Shown: positions 29,879 to 40,348 of the stretch, piece after piece
Numbering within the stretch: position 1 is the first letter of the stretch
How the letters are laid out: each line of letters opens with the position of its first letter
Assembly: GCA_965250085.1 (NCBI GenBank)
Contig: OZ252287.1
Location: 704,001-768,000 of the forward strand
Length of the DNA stretch: 64,000 bases
Source of the DNA: Candidatus Altimarinota bacterium
GTDB taxonomy: Bacteria; Patescibacteriota; Gracilibacteria; CAIRYL01
Direction of reading: 5' to 3'
The notes under the pieces: generated by a model
The model's database searches: none
Seen by the model: only the letters and a program-made list of their open reading frames with translations
What the model was told of the DNA's origin: nothing
Position numbers and translations under genes: made by a program

Positions 29879-31510
29879 ATGCTTGTTCCTGGGTTTTTGC
29901 AAAAAACAACGATTCGCACAAAACGCATTCTGATGTACTACCTGGCAGCAATGAATTTTATGTTTGTGTACACGATTCTTGCATATTCTATTGCTGTATT
30001 TTTGAAAGATCGATTTCCAGATACTCCTAATGCTATTTTTCTTGTAGGTCTTATTTTGGGGACAGCAAGCTTTTTTGCTCTTTTTGTGGATGTCTTTTGG
30101 GCATACCTCCAGAGAATCAAAGCTGCTCGATTACTCTTTCTATGGGCTCTGTGTGGACTTGCTTTTACTGTTTCTATTTTTTTGTTTTCCCAGTTTGATG
30201 TTGAAGTCTTTCAGCCCTTCAAGTGGGCGCTCTTTACTGTGGTAGCGGCGTTTTCATATGGATGGAGTTATGATTTGTATGAAGTAACGATGACAACATA
30301 TATCCTCAAGAGATCTCCAAAGGAAGAATTTGCGCAAAACATCTCTCAAAAAAAAGTATCTGAAGCAATTGGAATGCTCGGAGGATTGATCGTAGGAGGC
30401 ATTGCCCTTTCTTTCGGCTCTCAGGTCGCACAGACATTTCTTCTTTTCTTTCTTTTTGCAGTCTTTCTTTTTGTAAAACATCATTTTGATCAAGAGGAGG
30501 ATGAAGTGCCTCTTCAGTTCTCAGAAACCTCACTGGTAAATTGGAAAGAAGTATTTGCTCTTATTGCTCATCCAGACAGAGTAGCAACAGCTGTTGGAAG
30601 TGCTAAGGATTCTGTGCGTGAGGGGGTTCTCAAACTTTCTCATGAAACAGCTGAAGCAGTGAAGAATCTACCAGAACAAGCAAAACACACCGCAGATGAA
30701 GTATTGGACACCGCTAGAAAAAAGTTGATTGATCTCTTGATGAAAGAAGAAGAGATGCAACAACGAAAAGATGAGAAGCCTCAATTTGAATTTAAAAAAA
30801 TGATGAATGAGGTATGGGTTCTTTTTTCAGAATTTACCCATATTTTTTCGCGTAATACGCCATTTGCCATCTTTTGGGTCATGGCTATTGTGATGTTCTT
30901 CTCCTTTTGGGATACGATGGCTATAACATTTCAGCCATTGTTTCTTGCTCGATTTGCTGATCAACTCGGTCCAGGAGGAAAAGCTTTGGGAGGAATGATT
31001 ATGGGTCTTTTTATTTTGCCTGTTTTTGCTCTGCAAATTCCATTTGCTAAAATGGCAGATAAGCGTGGAAGATATGTAATGATTTTGTTGGGAATTGCTA
31101 TTTCTGGTGTTTCTCTTTTGATGCTAGGTCTTATTGACAGTGTCTTTGGAGGAAGGATTGTGATTTTGATTTTTGCCGGCATGCTCAATAGTGTTGGATA
31201 TGCTGCTGCTTTCTCCCCAGCTCAAGCGATGTTTGTAGCTCAACATCAAAAGTATATCTATGAAAAAACAGGGAAAAAACTCGATAATGAAGCTGGAGCC
31301 GCGCCATTGAGACTGGTTCTCAATATTGGAAATATTTTTGGACAAATGGCTGGTGGATTTATTTTTGCGTTTTTAGGATTCACCAGCGGATTCCTCATCT
31401 TTGGAGTCTTGTTGCTCACGATAGCACTTTTTACTCTTCCCTTTCTGGGAAAGTTAAAGAAATCAAAAACTTCTCTCCCTGAAGTGCAATCTTTTGATGA
31501 GAATATTTGA
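29879..31510 (+). CDS. MFS transporter with a long central hydrophilic loop
   Basis: 6+6 TM layout; MFS motif KMADKRGR in the second half. Confidence 0.82.
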   Translation: MLVPGFLQKTTIRTKRILMYYLAAMNFMFVYTILAYSIAVFLKDRFPDTPNAIFLVGLILGTASFFALFVDVFWAYLQRIKAARLLFLWALCGLAFTVSIFLFSQFDVEVFQPFKWALFTVVAAFSYGWSYDLYEVTMTTYILKRSPKEEFAQNISQKKVSEAIGMLGGLIVGGIALSFGSQVAQTFLLFFLFAVFLFVKHHFDQEEDEVPLQFSETSLVNWKEVFALIAHPDRVATAVGSAKDSVREGVLKLSHETAEAVKNLPEQAKHTADEVLDTARKKLIDLLMKEEEMQQRKDEKPQFEFKKMMNEVWVLFSEFTHIFSRNTPFAIFWVMAIVMFFSFWDTMAITFQPLFLARFADQLGPGGKALGGMIMGLFILPVFALQIPFAKMADKRGRYVMILLGIAISGVSLLMLGLIDSVFGGRIVILIFAGMLNSVGYAAAFSPAQAMFVAQHQKYIYEKTGKKLDNEAGAAPLRLVLNIGNIFGQMAGGFIFAFLGFTSGFLIFGVLLLTIALFTLPFLGKLKKSKTSLPEVQSFDENI

Positions 31511-31583
31511 GACGCAGAGTCAAGAGGACATTTTTGACAAATATTTTTCATATTCTAAGATAAAAAAGTTATCAGAGAGAAAT

Positions 31584-32276
31584 ATGAGTCTTGCGCTTCC
31601 TCGTCACGAGCACCCGGAATCATTGAATGAGAGTCCAGATAACCTGGGAAATGTACCTTTTTGCAAAAGCGTTGCAGATTTTCAGAGGACAGAAACCAAA
31701 ATTGCTATCGGCAGATTGTTTGGTGGTTTTTTGGAAGACCGCAATGCTCATGTGGGCAAACTTCTTTCTGATGCAAATTTACAAGAAGCATTTCTCGATG
31801 ATGCAAGAAATAGAAGGATAATACACGAAATTGGAGTATTCCAAGCAAGGGAACAGTACCAAAAGAACCACCCCTTTTTATATGCCCTGCATGGAATTGT
31901 CCATAACCTCAATTTCTTCTTTTCCCGTAAACCTGAAAAAGATATCTCTGGTCATATCAAGGATATTCGCTTGCAAAAACTCGGCTCACTTATTATGCAA
32001 TTCCATGAGCATACAACGCTTCGATCAGACAAAAATTTTGACTCAGAAATGTTTATAAATGAGTCAATTGCAAGAATACAAAAGCTCACAAATGATATGA
32101 AGAAGATTGCATTTCATGTTTCCAAAAATACAGTTATTAATGACATGGAGAAACAACGCGCATCAATCCAAAGTGTACTGGAAGCACATCTTGCACTGAC
32201 TTCTGAAGATGAGCTTTCTGACGAAGAAAAAAATGAGATTCGAGACAAGCTTAAAAAGGCTCTTCCCACTTTATAG
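31584..32276 (+). CDS. Hypothetical protein (orphan)
   Basis: 230-aa ORF; possible upstream promoter TTGACA (31534) ... TAAGAT. Confidence 0.6.
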   Translation: MSLALPRHEHPESLNESPDNLGNVPFCKSVADFQRTETKIAIGRLFGGFLEDRNAHVGKLLSDANLQEAFLDDARNRRIIHEIGVFQAREQYQKNHPFLYALHGIVHNLNFFFSRKPEKDISGHIKDIRLQKLGSLIMQFHEHTTLRSDKNFDSEMFINESIARIQKLTNDMKKIAFHVSKNTVINDMEKQRASIQSVLEAHLALTSEDELSDEEKNEIRDKLKKALPTL

Positions 32277-32736
32277 CAAGTACATCATTTACCTGAATGT
32301 CTTTTGCAAATTCTGAATTTGATCGCATTTCCAATACATACCTACTGAGAATTTTTGGCGTACGCGCAATAATAGGAGGTTCATCTTTGCTCGGATGGTG
32401 AGGCATGTCACGTTCTATGTGAAGCACGGTGGAGTCTTCGTCCAAGAAAAAAATATCAAGATCAAAGTAGGTATCAGGCATCCAAAAGCTTCTCTCCTGC
32501 ATGTCGGGATATGTGAACAGCATTCCTTGATTCTTTACAAAATTATTATCAGGGATACTACTGAGGCCTTGAATTTGTTCTTCTCGTGTTGTCGCCAGAA
32601 ATGTCTCTATTGTCTGTCCATCAGAAAGAGTGATTTCCGTGGTCTGCAGTGAGTCAAGGTATTCATTGGTAACATGATGTGCGCACGCAGAAAAGAAAAA
32701 CAGAGTACAGGCAAAGAATATAATTTGTTTTTTCAT
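32251..32736 (-). CDS. DUF192 family lipoprotein
   Basis: Lipobox FSAC; QGLS, GMLF, FWMPDT.FDLDIFFLD, YVLEM. Confidence 0.88.
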   Translation of the reverse strand: MKKQIIFFACTLFFFSACAHHVTNEYLDSLQTTEITLSDGQTIETFLATTREEQIQGLSSIPDNNFVKNQGMLFTYPDMQERSFWMPDTYFDLDIFFLDEDSTVLHIERDMPHHPSKDEPPIIARTPKILSRYVLEMRSNSEFAKDIQVNDVLAIKWEEPF

Positions 32737-32830
32737 ATTTCTTTGTAATCTATAATGCAAATGAAAATACTTTCTCTCAGCCTCTTCCTACAGGAGCAAT
32801 AACTCTGAGGAAAGTCTTTTTCAGAAATTC

Positions 32831-34375
32831 TTATTGTGTTACTTCCGCTTCACCAGAAGATTGTGCTTCTTCGGCAGATTGTTCCCACTGATTTATAGGC
32901 CCAGCTTCCTCTTCTTTTTCTTCTTCTGGAAGTTCGGGGAAAGTAATCGTGAGAACATCTGATCCAAGTATTGTATCATCAGCATCAAACGCTTTGACTT
33001 CATAGAGATTTTTTCCTGATTCCATATTGCCATACTCTTGGTTAATAAAATATTGCCAAGTATTACTCCCCTCTGAAAACTTGCTAAGTGCGTATCCATT
33101 GACAGTTACTTTTGCTGCGTTTGAAGGAGCTGTACCAGAAAGAGTCACCGGATCTGTTGTGCCTGCTGCAAACTCACTGTCTTCGGTTGGAGCGGTAATT
33201 TTGAGCACTCCTTTTATTTCAGAGGAAGATTCTATCTCTTGAGGAGAATTATCTGTTTCAGGATCTTCCGAAGATGCATCCTCCGACTCTGATGATTTTT
33301 CAGGAGTATACACCACAGTGATCACCGCTTCGGAAATGAGATCGTCATCAGCATTATATGCCTGTACCGAGTATGTATTTTCGCCTTCATCTAGATTCTC
33401 ATAAGCCTCTGCCGCTGTGTATGCAAAAGTAGTATTTCCGGACTCAAATTTTTGAAGTGTATAATCATCTACTGTCACCTTTACTGTTCCGCCAGGAACA
33501 AGTCCTGATATTTCAATAGGGTCTTTAGAGATTTTTACTCTACTTCCATTCCCCCCTGGCACCAAAATCTGAACTTCACCTGAGACCTCTTTTTCATTTT
33601 CATCGTTCTCAGATGATGAATTCTGATCTGATTCTTCTTCAGAAGTTCCTTCTTTTTCGGATTCTTCATTTGTCTCCACTATTCCTTGTTTGTGAGCAGA
33701 AAACCATGGGTCTTCTGCGAGAATTGCAAGTGAGTTTTGCCCGATGTCTCCCAGAAAAGAAAATTGTTGTCCAACCCCGACATCCGTGTAAAAAACTTCT
33801 TCATTATCTGCAATTTTTGAAACCCGTACTATCCCTCCTGCGACTTTAATCACTTCATCTTCATAGTCTACAGAAAACTCGCCATTATTACTTTTCGCAA
33901 ATTCATTTTCTCCCAGTTGGACCACAAATTCTGAGCGAGGGTTAAGGCTGGGCGCTACATCTACCCATATCTTTCCGTCTTTTATTGCGACTTCTATCTC
34001 TCGAGTTTCTCCTTTGTGCATTCTACTTTTTTCAAGAACCACCTCTGTCTTTTTGTCCAAAAGGACTTCAGAGTCATCAAAAAACTGAAGGGCGCTCCCA
34101 GTAGTATTTCGACTTTTAATAGATTCCTTCTCTAAAAATGGAATCGAACTCGCAGAGACTGGTTTGTATCCATTTTCTTCGTCATCAGCAAATTGCACAT
34201 ATACTGTGTTTTCTGGCGGAACAGACAATGATACTTCTGCAAAATCTCCTCCTCCTCCAAAGAAAAACATCTTTATCAGATAAAAGAGAGCAAGGCCTCC
34301 AGCAATAATAAGCGCGCTTACAAAAAATGGATATCGTGAACTATTGGTTCTGTGTCGGTATTGAGATGCATTCAT
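32831..34375 (-). CDS. Membrane-anchored FecR-like domain protein with two Ig-like domains
   Basis: N-terminal TM; LQFFDDSEVLLD...GKIWV (FecR-like); two related ~90-aa units (ISG.VP...VTV..Y.L.KF..G..TF.Y...Y.N...G.N.Y.V.A). Confidence 0.65.
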   Translation of the reverse strand: MNASQYRHRTNSSRYPFFVSALIIAGGLALFYLIKMFFFGGGGDFAEVSLSVPPENTVYVQFADDEENGYKPVSASSIPFLEKESIKSRNTTGSALQFFDDSEVLLDKKTEVVLEKSRMHKGETREIEVAIKDGKIWVDVAPSLNPRSEFVVQLGENEFAKSNNGEFSVDYEDEVIKVAGGIVRVSKIADNEEVFYTDVGVGQQFSFLGDIGQNSLAILAEDPWFSAHKQGIVETNEESEKEGTSEEESDQNSSSENDENEKEVSGEVQILVPGGNGSRVKISKDPIEISGLVPGGTVKVTVDDYTLQKFESGNTTFAYTAAEAYENLDEGENTYSVQAYNADDDLISEAVITVVYTPEKSSESEDASSEDPETDNSPQEIESSSEIKGVLKITAPTEDSEFAAGTTDPVTLSGTAPSNAAKVTVNGYALSKFSEGSNTWQYFINQEYGNMESGKNLYEVKAFDADDTILGSDVLTITFPELPEEEKEEEAGPINQWEQSAEEAQSSGEAEVTQ

Positions 34376-34442
34376 AGGAAAAAATTTACGGACAACTCGC
34401 ATTCTCCCAGAAAAATATGCTTTCTGTCAATTTCTCCGATCT

Positions 34443-34477
34443 GCAATTCATAATTTGTAATTCGCAATTTGTAATTG
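34443..34477. repeat. Degenerate 7-bp tandem repeat, five copies
   Basis: gcaattc ataattt gtaattc gcaattt gtaattg. Confidence 0.7.
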
Positions 34478-34534
34478 TACATTGTATGTATATTATTCTC
34501 TCCACAAGTGAGCACAAAAAAGAAGAAGCAAAAT

Positions 34535-36790
34535 ATGAGCTGGCCACGCAAAATACAAAAAGCGTTGATCAATCTCCCTCATTTGCCTGGAGTATACGAA
34601 ATGTTGAATGAAGACGGAGAAACTCTGTACGCCGGTAAAGCAAAAAATCTCAAAAAAAGGGTGCAAACATATTTTCGTCCTTCAGCTCATCTTGGGCCAC
34701 GTCTCAAAAAAATGAGAGAAAAAACTAAGGACATTACTTGGACAGAGGTATCATCAGAAGGAGAGGCTCTGATACTCGAATCAAATATCATTAAGGAAAA
34801 ACGACCAAAGTTTAATATTCTTCTCAGGGATGATAAAAACTTTGCATACTTTTGCATTACTCTGGCAGAAGATTTTCCTCGTATTCTCTTTACCAGACGA
34901 ATCGTCAAAGACGGAAGTTTGTATTTTGGACCTAAAACTTCCGCTGCATCAGTGCGAAAAACGATTGATCTCCTAAGGGATATATTCCTTTTTCGTTCAA
35001 CTCACTTAGAAATTACAGAAATAAAACCAGGGAAAGTAGAAGTAAGGAATCCGGGGAATATCAAGTATCCATGCCTCAATTTTCATATCGGCAAATGTGC
35101 AGCGCCTTGCATTGGTAATATCTCAAAGATTGAGTACCGCGAGCGAATTGACAAAGCAATTCGATTCCTCAGAGGACATGTACAAGAAACTCTCAAAGAA
35201 TTGGAAGAAAACATGAAAAGCGCTGCAGAAAAAAAACAATTTGAAAAAGCAGCTCGTATTCGCGATTTATACACAGCAGTGCAGAGTATTTCTCAGCGCC
35301 AAATAGTTTCTGCTCCAGATGAGCTTTCTGCAGATGTTCTCGGGGGTATACAAAAATTTGGACGCTCATTTTTTCATCTATTTCAAATTCGTGATGGAAA
35401 AGTGATTAGTTCTGAAACATTTTCTTTGCCAAATAGTAGTGATGAGGATGCTACTGAGGGGCTCTGTGCTTTTTTGAGAGAACACGCTGATCGCAGTGCA
35501 GATACTCCCAAAAACATTGTTGTGTCAGAAAAAGTTTTTCCGAGTGCAGAAAGGAATGTCTGGGAAGAGTTTTTTACGAGCAAATGGAATCAGAATGTAA
35601 AGATTTCGCTCCCTCAAAAAGGAAAGCGGAAAAAACTTCTGGATTTAGCTGAGCAGAATGCTATGAGTTATGCCATGCGTAATGCTGCCAGCTTTATTAA
35701 ACATGAAGAAGATATTGAAAAAACTCTCGACACATTACAAAAAAAACTGGGAATGAAACAGTTTCCAAAGAGAATTGAGTGCTATGATATTTCACACTTG
35801 GGAGGAACAGAAACCGTAGGATCTATGGTGGTGTTTCAAGATGGAGAAGCAAAAAACTCTGAATATAGACGTTTTAAACTCAGGTCAGTTGAGCAGGGGG
35901 AAATTGACGATTATAAAAGTATGGAAGAAGTACTTTTTAGAAGACTCAGTCATTTTCCCGAAGAGCTTCCTGAGGAATATAAAATACAAAAGCTTAGGAG
36001 TAAAAAGGATCAGGAAATGGTGCGAGTGATTTTGAAAAAACAAAAGCAAAAAACTGGAAAGAAGATACATATTGATGAATTTTTAATTCTCAAAAAAGAA
36101 AAAGAGATTGCGGGTGTTCTTCAGAGTCAAAAAGAGAAGAAAAAAGACACAGAAGAAATAAAATTTGTTTGGGCAGAAAAAGGATTGGCGTGTTTTTTAC
36201 TCAAAAAATTTATAGAAACTTCTGAGAGTAAAAAGTTGTTTCTTGACAAGAACTTATCGTTACGCATTCCTATGGAAAAACTCGAGCAATTTGGATTTGC
36301 AGATGAAGCGGGAAAATTGGTGTACAAAAATATTGGAAAAAAGAAAAAAGCAAAAGACAGCCTGGAAAAAAAACCAGATCTTATAGTGATTGATGGCGGC
36401 AAGGGACAGCTCAGCAGTGCATATAAAATTTTGAAAAAATTTCCAGAAGTGAGACGTGTCGCTCTGTGCTCCTTGGCAAAGAAGAATGAAGAAGTGTATG
36501 TGCCAGGCAGATCAAAGCCAATTGCTATTACGAAAAGTTCTTCTGAGGGAAAACTGCTTCAGCGCATTCGTGATGAAGCTCATCGTTTTGCTGTGACGTA
36601 TCACAAATCATTGCATCAAAAATCTCAACAAAAATCTGTGCTTGATGACATCGCTGGCGTTGGTCCAAAGACAAAAAAGAAGCTTCTGAATACTTTTGGA
36701 TCTGTTCATGGAATAAGAGAAGCAAGTGATAAAGACCTTCTGCGCGTAGTAAGTCATAAAATACTTACTATTTTAAGAAGGGCTCTTTAA
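34535..36790 (+). CDS. uvrC: Excinuclease ABC subunit C with an internal GNAT-like insertion
   Basis: GIY-YIG domain (PGVY..YAGKAKNLKKRV), FEKAARIRD, RIECYDISH, PDLIVIDGGKGQL, RDEAHRFA, HhH. Confidence 0.96.
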   Translation: MSWPRKIQKALINLPHLPGVYEMLNEDGETLYAGKAKNLKKRVQTYFRPSAHLGPRLKKMREKTKDITWTEVSSEGEALILESNIIKEKRPKFNILLRDDKNFAYFCITLAEDFPRILFTRRIVKDGSLYFGPKTSAASVRKTIDLLRDIFLFRSTHLEITEIKPGKVEVRNPGNIKYPCLNFHIGKCAAPCIGNISKIEYRERIDKAIRFLRGHVQETLKELEENMKSAAEKKQFEKAARIRDLYTAVQSISQRQIVSAPDELSADVLGGIQKFGRSFFHLFQIRDGKVISSETFSLPNSSDEDATEGLCAFLREHADRSADTPKNIVVSEKVFPSAERNVWEEFFTSKWNQNVKISLPQKGKRKKLLDLAEQNAMSYAMRNAASFIKHEEDIEKTLDTLQKKLGMKQFPKRIECYDISHLGGTETVGSMVVFQDGEAKNSEYRRFKLRSVEQGEIDDYKSMEEVLFRRLSHFPEELPEEYKIQKLRSKKDQEMVRVILKKQKQKTGKKIHIDEFLILKKEKEIAGVLQSQKEKKKDTEEIKFVWAEKGLACFLLKKFIETSESKKLFLDKNLSLRIPMEKLEQFGFADEAGKLVYKNIGKKKKAKDSLEKKPDLIVIDGGKGQLSSAYKILKKFPEVRRVALCSLAKKNEEVYVPGRSKPIAITKSSSEGKLLQRIRDEAHRFAVTYHKSLHQKSQQKSVLDDIAGVGPKTKKKLLNTFGSVHGIREASDKDLLRVVSHKILTILRRAL

Positions 36791-37326
36791 GCTTTTTCCA
36801 AGACACACACAAACGGTGTCGCCCCGACTGTTTTGTCCCGTATGCTTATTGCAAGAGTTGTTTTTTCACTCTCCGTAAGAGGCTCTATTCCATGTGTTTC
36901 TGAATTTCTTGTTCCTTTCACTTCATATCCAACACTTTGAAGAAATCTTATGTTCGAATAGAGATTTTCATGTTCTCTCTGAAATATCCCAAAGAGTTTT
37001 TCTCTAATGTTATACAAAGTTTTCATAAGGCCCTGTCCCTGAAATTGAGGAAGTGTTTCCTTTGCCAAGTGATCATGAAAACGATCTGCTCCAATGAGAA
37101 AGGGTCTCTGAAAAAGTAGCGCTACCGGGGCACATCGTGCCCCTTCAATTTCTTTTCGCATGGAAAACTCTTCAAGCGCAAATTTTTGTCCTGATGCAAT
37201 ATGAGATTCATTCATCCATATCCCGAGTCGAACTGGAGGATCATATGAAAAATTTTCATCTTCTTCTGATATTACAAGCGCTTCAAGTTCTTTGAAACGT
37301 AAGGATCGCAGGATTCCATACTTCAT
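36787..37326 (-). CDS. Putative GNAT-family acetyltransferase (divergent)
   Basis: Motif A-like PQFQGQGLMKTLY and motif B-like NIRFLQSVGY. Confidence 0.55.
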   Translation of the reverse strand: MKYGILRSLRFKELEALVISEEDENFSYDPPVRLGIWMNESHIASGQKFALEEFSMRKEIEGARCAPVALLFQRPFLIGADRFHDHLAKETLPQFQGQGLMKTLYNIREKLFGIFQREHENLYSNIRFLQSVGYEVKGTRNSETHGIEPLTESEKTTLAISIRDKTVGATPFVCVLEKA

Positions 37327-37346
37327 ATATTCAGATCTTTAAAATT

Positions 37347-38510
37347 CTATAGAGCAAGATTTTGGTGCACTTCATTTATAATCTGCAAAACAGCATCCCT
37401 CTCTTCTGGCATTAGAATTGCTGGAGCAAAACGTATTTCACCAACCCCAACATGCTTGTGCCCTTCGGGGTATGTATTTCTGGCATCTCCTATCTGTACA
37501 CCTCTTGTTTGTAACGCTTTCATAAATTTGTCATGATCCTGAATTCCCGGAAATCGTGGCTGTATAAAATATCCAGAGCTCAGATCAGAATTGTATATCG
37601 CAGTGGGAGTGTGTTCTTCTAAGGTATTAAGAAAACCTGTTATGCGTTGGCTAAATAACTCTTTTAAAGATTGAATATGCTCCGGGTAACGACTTGTCTC
37701 CAGAAAACGATGATACAGAGCATGAACAGGGTGTATGGCATTTAATCTAGCGCTGCTTACAACCTCCTTCATTTGCTCAACAAGTACTTTGGGGAGAACT
37801 AAATAGCCACACTTGAGTCCAGGTGAAATCTCTTTAGTAAAATTTAATTGGGCAACAACGTGATCCTTTGGATTGGTGAATTCTTCTGCATCCCATCCGT
37901 ATGTAAGGTTTTGATAAGCAAGATCCCAGAGCACAAAAACGTCATATTTGGCACATATTTCTTCAACGGCCTCTCTTTGTTCTGGAGAATAATTATACGA
38001 ACTTGGATTTTGTCCAATAGGAATACCATAAAAACCATCAATTGATCCAGATCGAGCAAGATCCTCTAGGCATTCTAAATCGAGACCTTCTGGTGTCATA
38101 AGAATGCCCACAGCCTCCATATTATTGTGGTAAATGTTTTGAAGCATACGGTCATAAGTAGGAGCCTCTACGGCGACCGAAACTCGTCTGCTCAACACTG
38201 CCTCCTTTTTCTGGTGTGCATCTGCTCTTTGTTTGTTCAGGAATGTAAGCCAGTGTGACGTTACATCCATTCCTCCATGTCCCATAATGATCTGATCTGA
38301 CTCCACTCCATGCTTTTGGGCTAAAAACTCTCGGAGAGGTCCGTAGCCCATAAAATCTGGTCCTCTATAGCCAAGTAAATCCTTATCATTACTTATCAGT
38401 GAAGCGAATGTTTCTCCAATTTCCTGACCATTTTGAAATTCACTGGGAAACGTTTCCGGCAAAGGTGCTCCTCTGAGAAGGGTATATTGTTTTTGTGATT
38501 CTGAAGGCAT
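37347..38510 (-). CDS. PLP-dependent aminotransferase class I/II (LysN/MocR-like)
   Basis: LLRGAP, GYGPLRE, VEAPTY, QNPS, DLAY, FTKEISPGLKCGY. Confidence 0.85.
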   Translation of the reverse strand: MPSESQKQYTLLRGAPLPETFPSEFQNGQEIGETFASLISNDKDLLGYRGPDFMGYGPLREFLAQKHGVESDQIIMGHGGMDVTSHWLTFLNKQRADAHQKKEAVLSRRVSVAVEAPTYDRMLQNIYHNNMEAVGILMTPEGLDLECLEDLARSGSIDGFYGIPIGQNPSSYNYSPEQREAVEEICAKYDVFVLWDLAYQNLTYGWDAEEFTNPKDHVVAQLNFTKEISPGLKCGYLVLPKVLVEQMKEVVSSARLNAIHPVHALYHRFLETSRYPEHIQSLKELFSQRITGFLNTLEEHTPTAIYNSDLSSGYFIQPRFPGIQDHDKFMKALQTRGVQIGDARNTYPEGHKHVGVGEIRFAPAILMPEERDAVLQIINEVHQNLAL

Positions 38511-38618
38511 GAAAATAGCAAAATGCAAAAATTATATTAGCAACTTTTATTTTTTTGTCAAAAGACTGGCCGTTTTTTTATTGACGCACAAAAAAATAAT
38601 GCTGAGCAAAAAACTGCC

Positions 38619-40172
38619 TTAGTTTTGTAAATAATTTTTGATGATTTCAGCGGCTTTTTTCGTGTTTTCAAAACTGAGATTAGGGAGAGATACTCGCACC
38701 ACAGATGTTCTGTTTTTCTCATCTCTGTCGCTCTGAGAAAAAAATAAATTTGCTGGCATGAGAACTACTCCTCTCTCAGCAATCTCACCAAACTTTTGTT
38801 CAACAGGGAGTTTGTTCTTCTCATCATTTTCGAGTTCTGTCATATCAAACATGCCATAGTAACTGTTTCCTTTAAATTTGAGCCCCAGAGTTTCATAAAA
38901 AATCTGCACTTTTTTTTGTACATCTTGCACATATTGCATGCGCTCTTCTTTCCCAAGAATGAGATGGCAAAGTCCGAGAATTTGAGAAGGTCCTGGTATT
39001 CCTGTGATATGTTGGAATACACCAATATTTTTTCCTCCGGGAGATTTGGCGAGATAGAGGAGCCACACAATATCTCCTCTATAATTCTGAAGATGATTTT
39101 TGAGAATTTTTTGAGAAATATATTCTCGTCCCTCTGGCAAAATGCAAAACGCACCAAATCTCACCCCGGTGGCGCGTTCTATTTTAGAAAGAGATGAAAT
39201 ATGTATCGTGCGCTTTTGCGCCTCGGGAATAGAAAAAATACTCTGTGCATCATCAAAAAACTGCAAATATACCTCATCTGAAATAATAAGAGCGTTGTGT
39301 TTTTCCGCGAGGTCAGTAATTACTTGTAGCAAATCTCTTCCATATGGGAATCCTGTTGGATTATTAGGGTTAATGAGAACCATTGCCTTAATTCGACCTG
39401 AAAAACTTTGCAGCGTCTCGAGGCTCTTTTGAAAGACTGCACCGGTCATAGGATCAACAGAGAGTGAGAGTATATTGATGCCTCTCTCTTCGAGCAAATT
39501 GTTATATGGTGCATACACTGGAGATGTCATTACAACCGTATCTCCCGATTGTAAGTATCCGATACCTTCTTCTCCAAGTCCTTTAAAGACGCTTCCGATA
39601 CCATGTGACGCACCACTCAGAAGCATGAGATCTTCAGAATTGACTGGAAGTTTGAGCATATCAACATATTCTTCTGCCACAGCAGCTCTTACAACTGGCT
39701 CTCCCCAAGGATTGGGGTATCTGCCGCCCGAAGGAATAGAAAATTTGAAAATGTCATAAAGAATCTCAAATCTTCCGAATCCTAAATTCTGATTCTGAGA
39801 AATTTTTTCAAGTTCATCAAGAAAGATATCAAAAGAACGAAGTATCCCTTTTGCTTTTTTTGAAGTGTAATTTTCTTGAGCAACACGCTGAATAGAGCTC
39901 AGAATATGAGGAAGGCTCTCTCTTGAATATTCGGCAAAATGAATATTGGTCACATTGTTGTTAAACTCTGTATCCAAAAGGAGTAAAAAGGCATAGAGCT
40001 CTCGTGAACGCACTGTTGGGGCAAATCCATACCCCGGCTCTCCTTGAGAAAGATCTAGAACATTAGCCTCTCCTACATTTTCAACGGCAATTTCCCTCAG
40101 TGCTCGGAATGCCAAAAAAGGGACTGTGGTATGCACATCAAATCCCCATTGGTTATCTGCGTATTTTTGCAT
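38619..40172 (-). CDS. Aspartate 4-decarboxylase-like PLP enzyme
   Basis: 517 aa; PVYAPY, INPNNP, ISDEVY, SLSK...TGVRFG, HITGIPGPSQ, RVSLPNL, which parallel AsdA/AspD motifs. Confidence 0.7.
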   Translation of the reverse strand: MQKYADNQWGFDVHTTVPFLAFRALREIAVENVGEANVLDLSQGEPGYGFAPTVRSRELYAFLLLLDTEFNNNVTNIHFAEYSRESLPHILSSIQRVAQENYTSKKAKGILRSFDIFLDELEKISQNQNLGFGRFEILYDIFKFSIPSGGRYPNPWGEPVVRAAVAEEYVDMLKLPVNSEDLMLLSGASHGIGSVFKGLGEEGIGYLQSGDTVVMTSPVYAPYNNLLEERGINILSLSVDPMTGAVFQKSLETLQSFSGRIKAMVLINPNNPTGFPYGRDLLQVITDLAEKHNALIISDEVYLQFFDDAQSIFSIPEAQKRTIHISSLSKIERATGVRFGAFCILPEGREYISQKILKNHLQNYRGDIVWLLYLAKSPGGKNIGVFQHITGIPGPSQILGLCHLILGKEERMQYVQDVQKKVQIFYETLGLKFKGNSYYGMFDMTELENDEKNKLPVEQKFGEIAERGVVLMPANLFFSQSDRDEKNRTSVVRVSLPNLSFENTKKAAEIIKNYLQN

Positions 40173-40348
40173 ATAAAATTTTTTTTAATTGTAATTTAGT
40201 GGAATAAAAAATTAAAGTGAAATAGGTTTGTTCTCTTGAGAAAACATCATTAAAAATTGAGCTTCTTTGAGAAATAAAAAATTGGACAAATATTTTTTCT
40301 TTCCTTCAAAAATCTTGTACATTGTGCTCAGAGAATTATTCAAAAACT

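Noticed and set aside
32800-32830. RNase P RNA suggested by GAGGAAAGTC
   Set aside because: The spacer is under 100 bp and flanked by coding genes, with no room or matching 3' conserved region.
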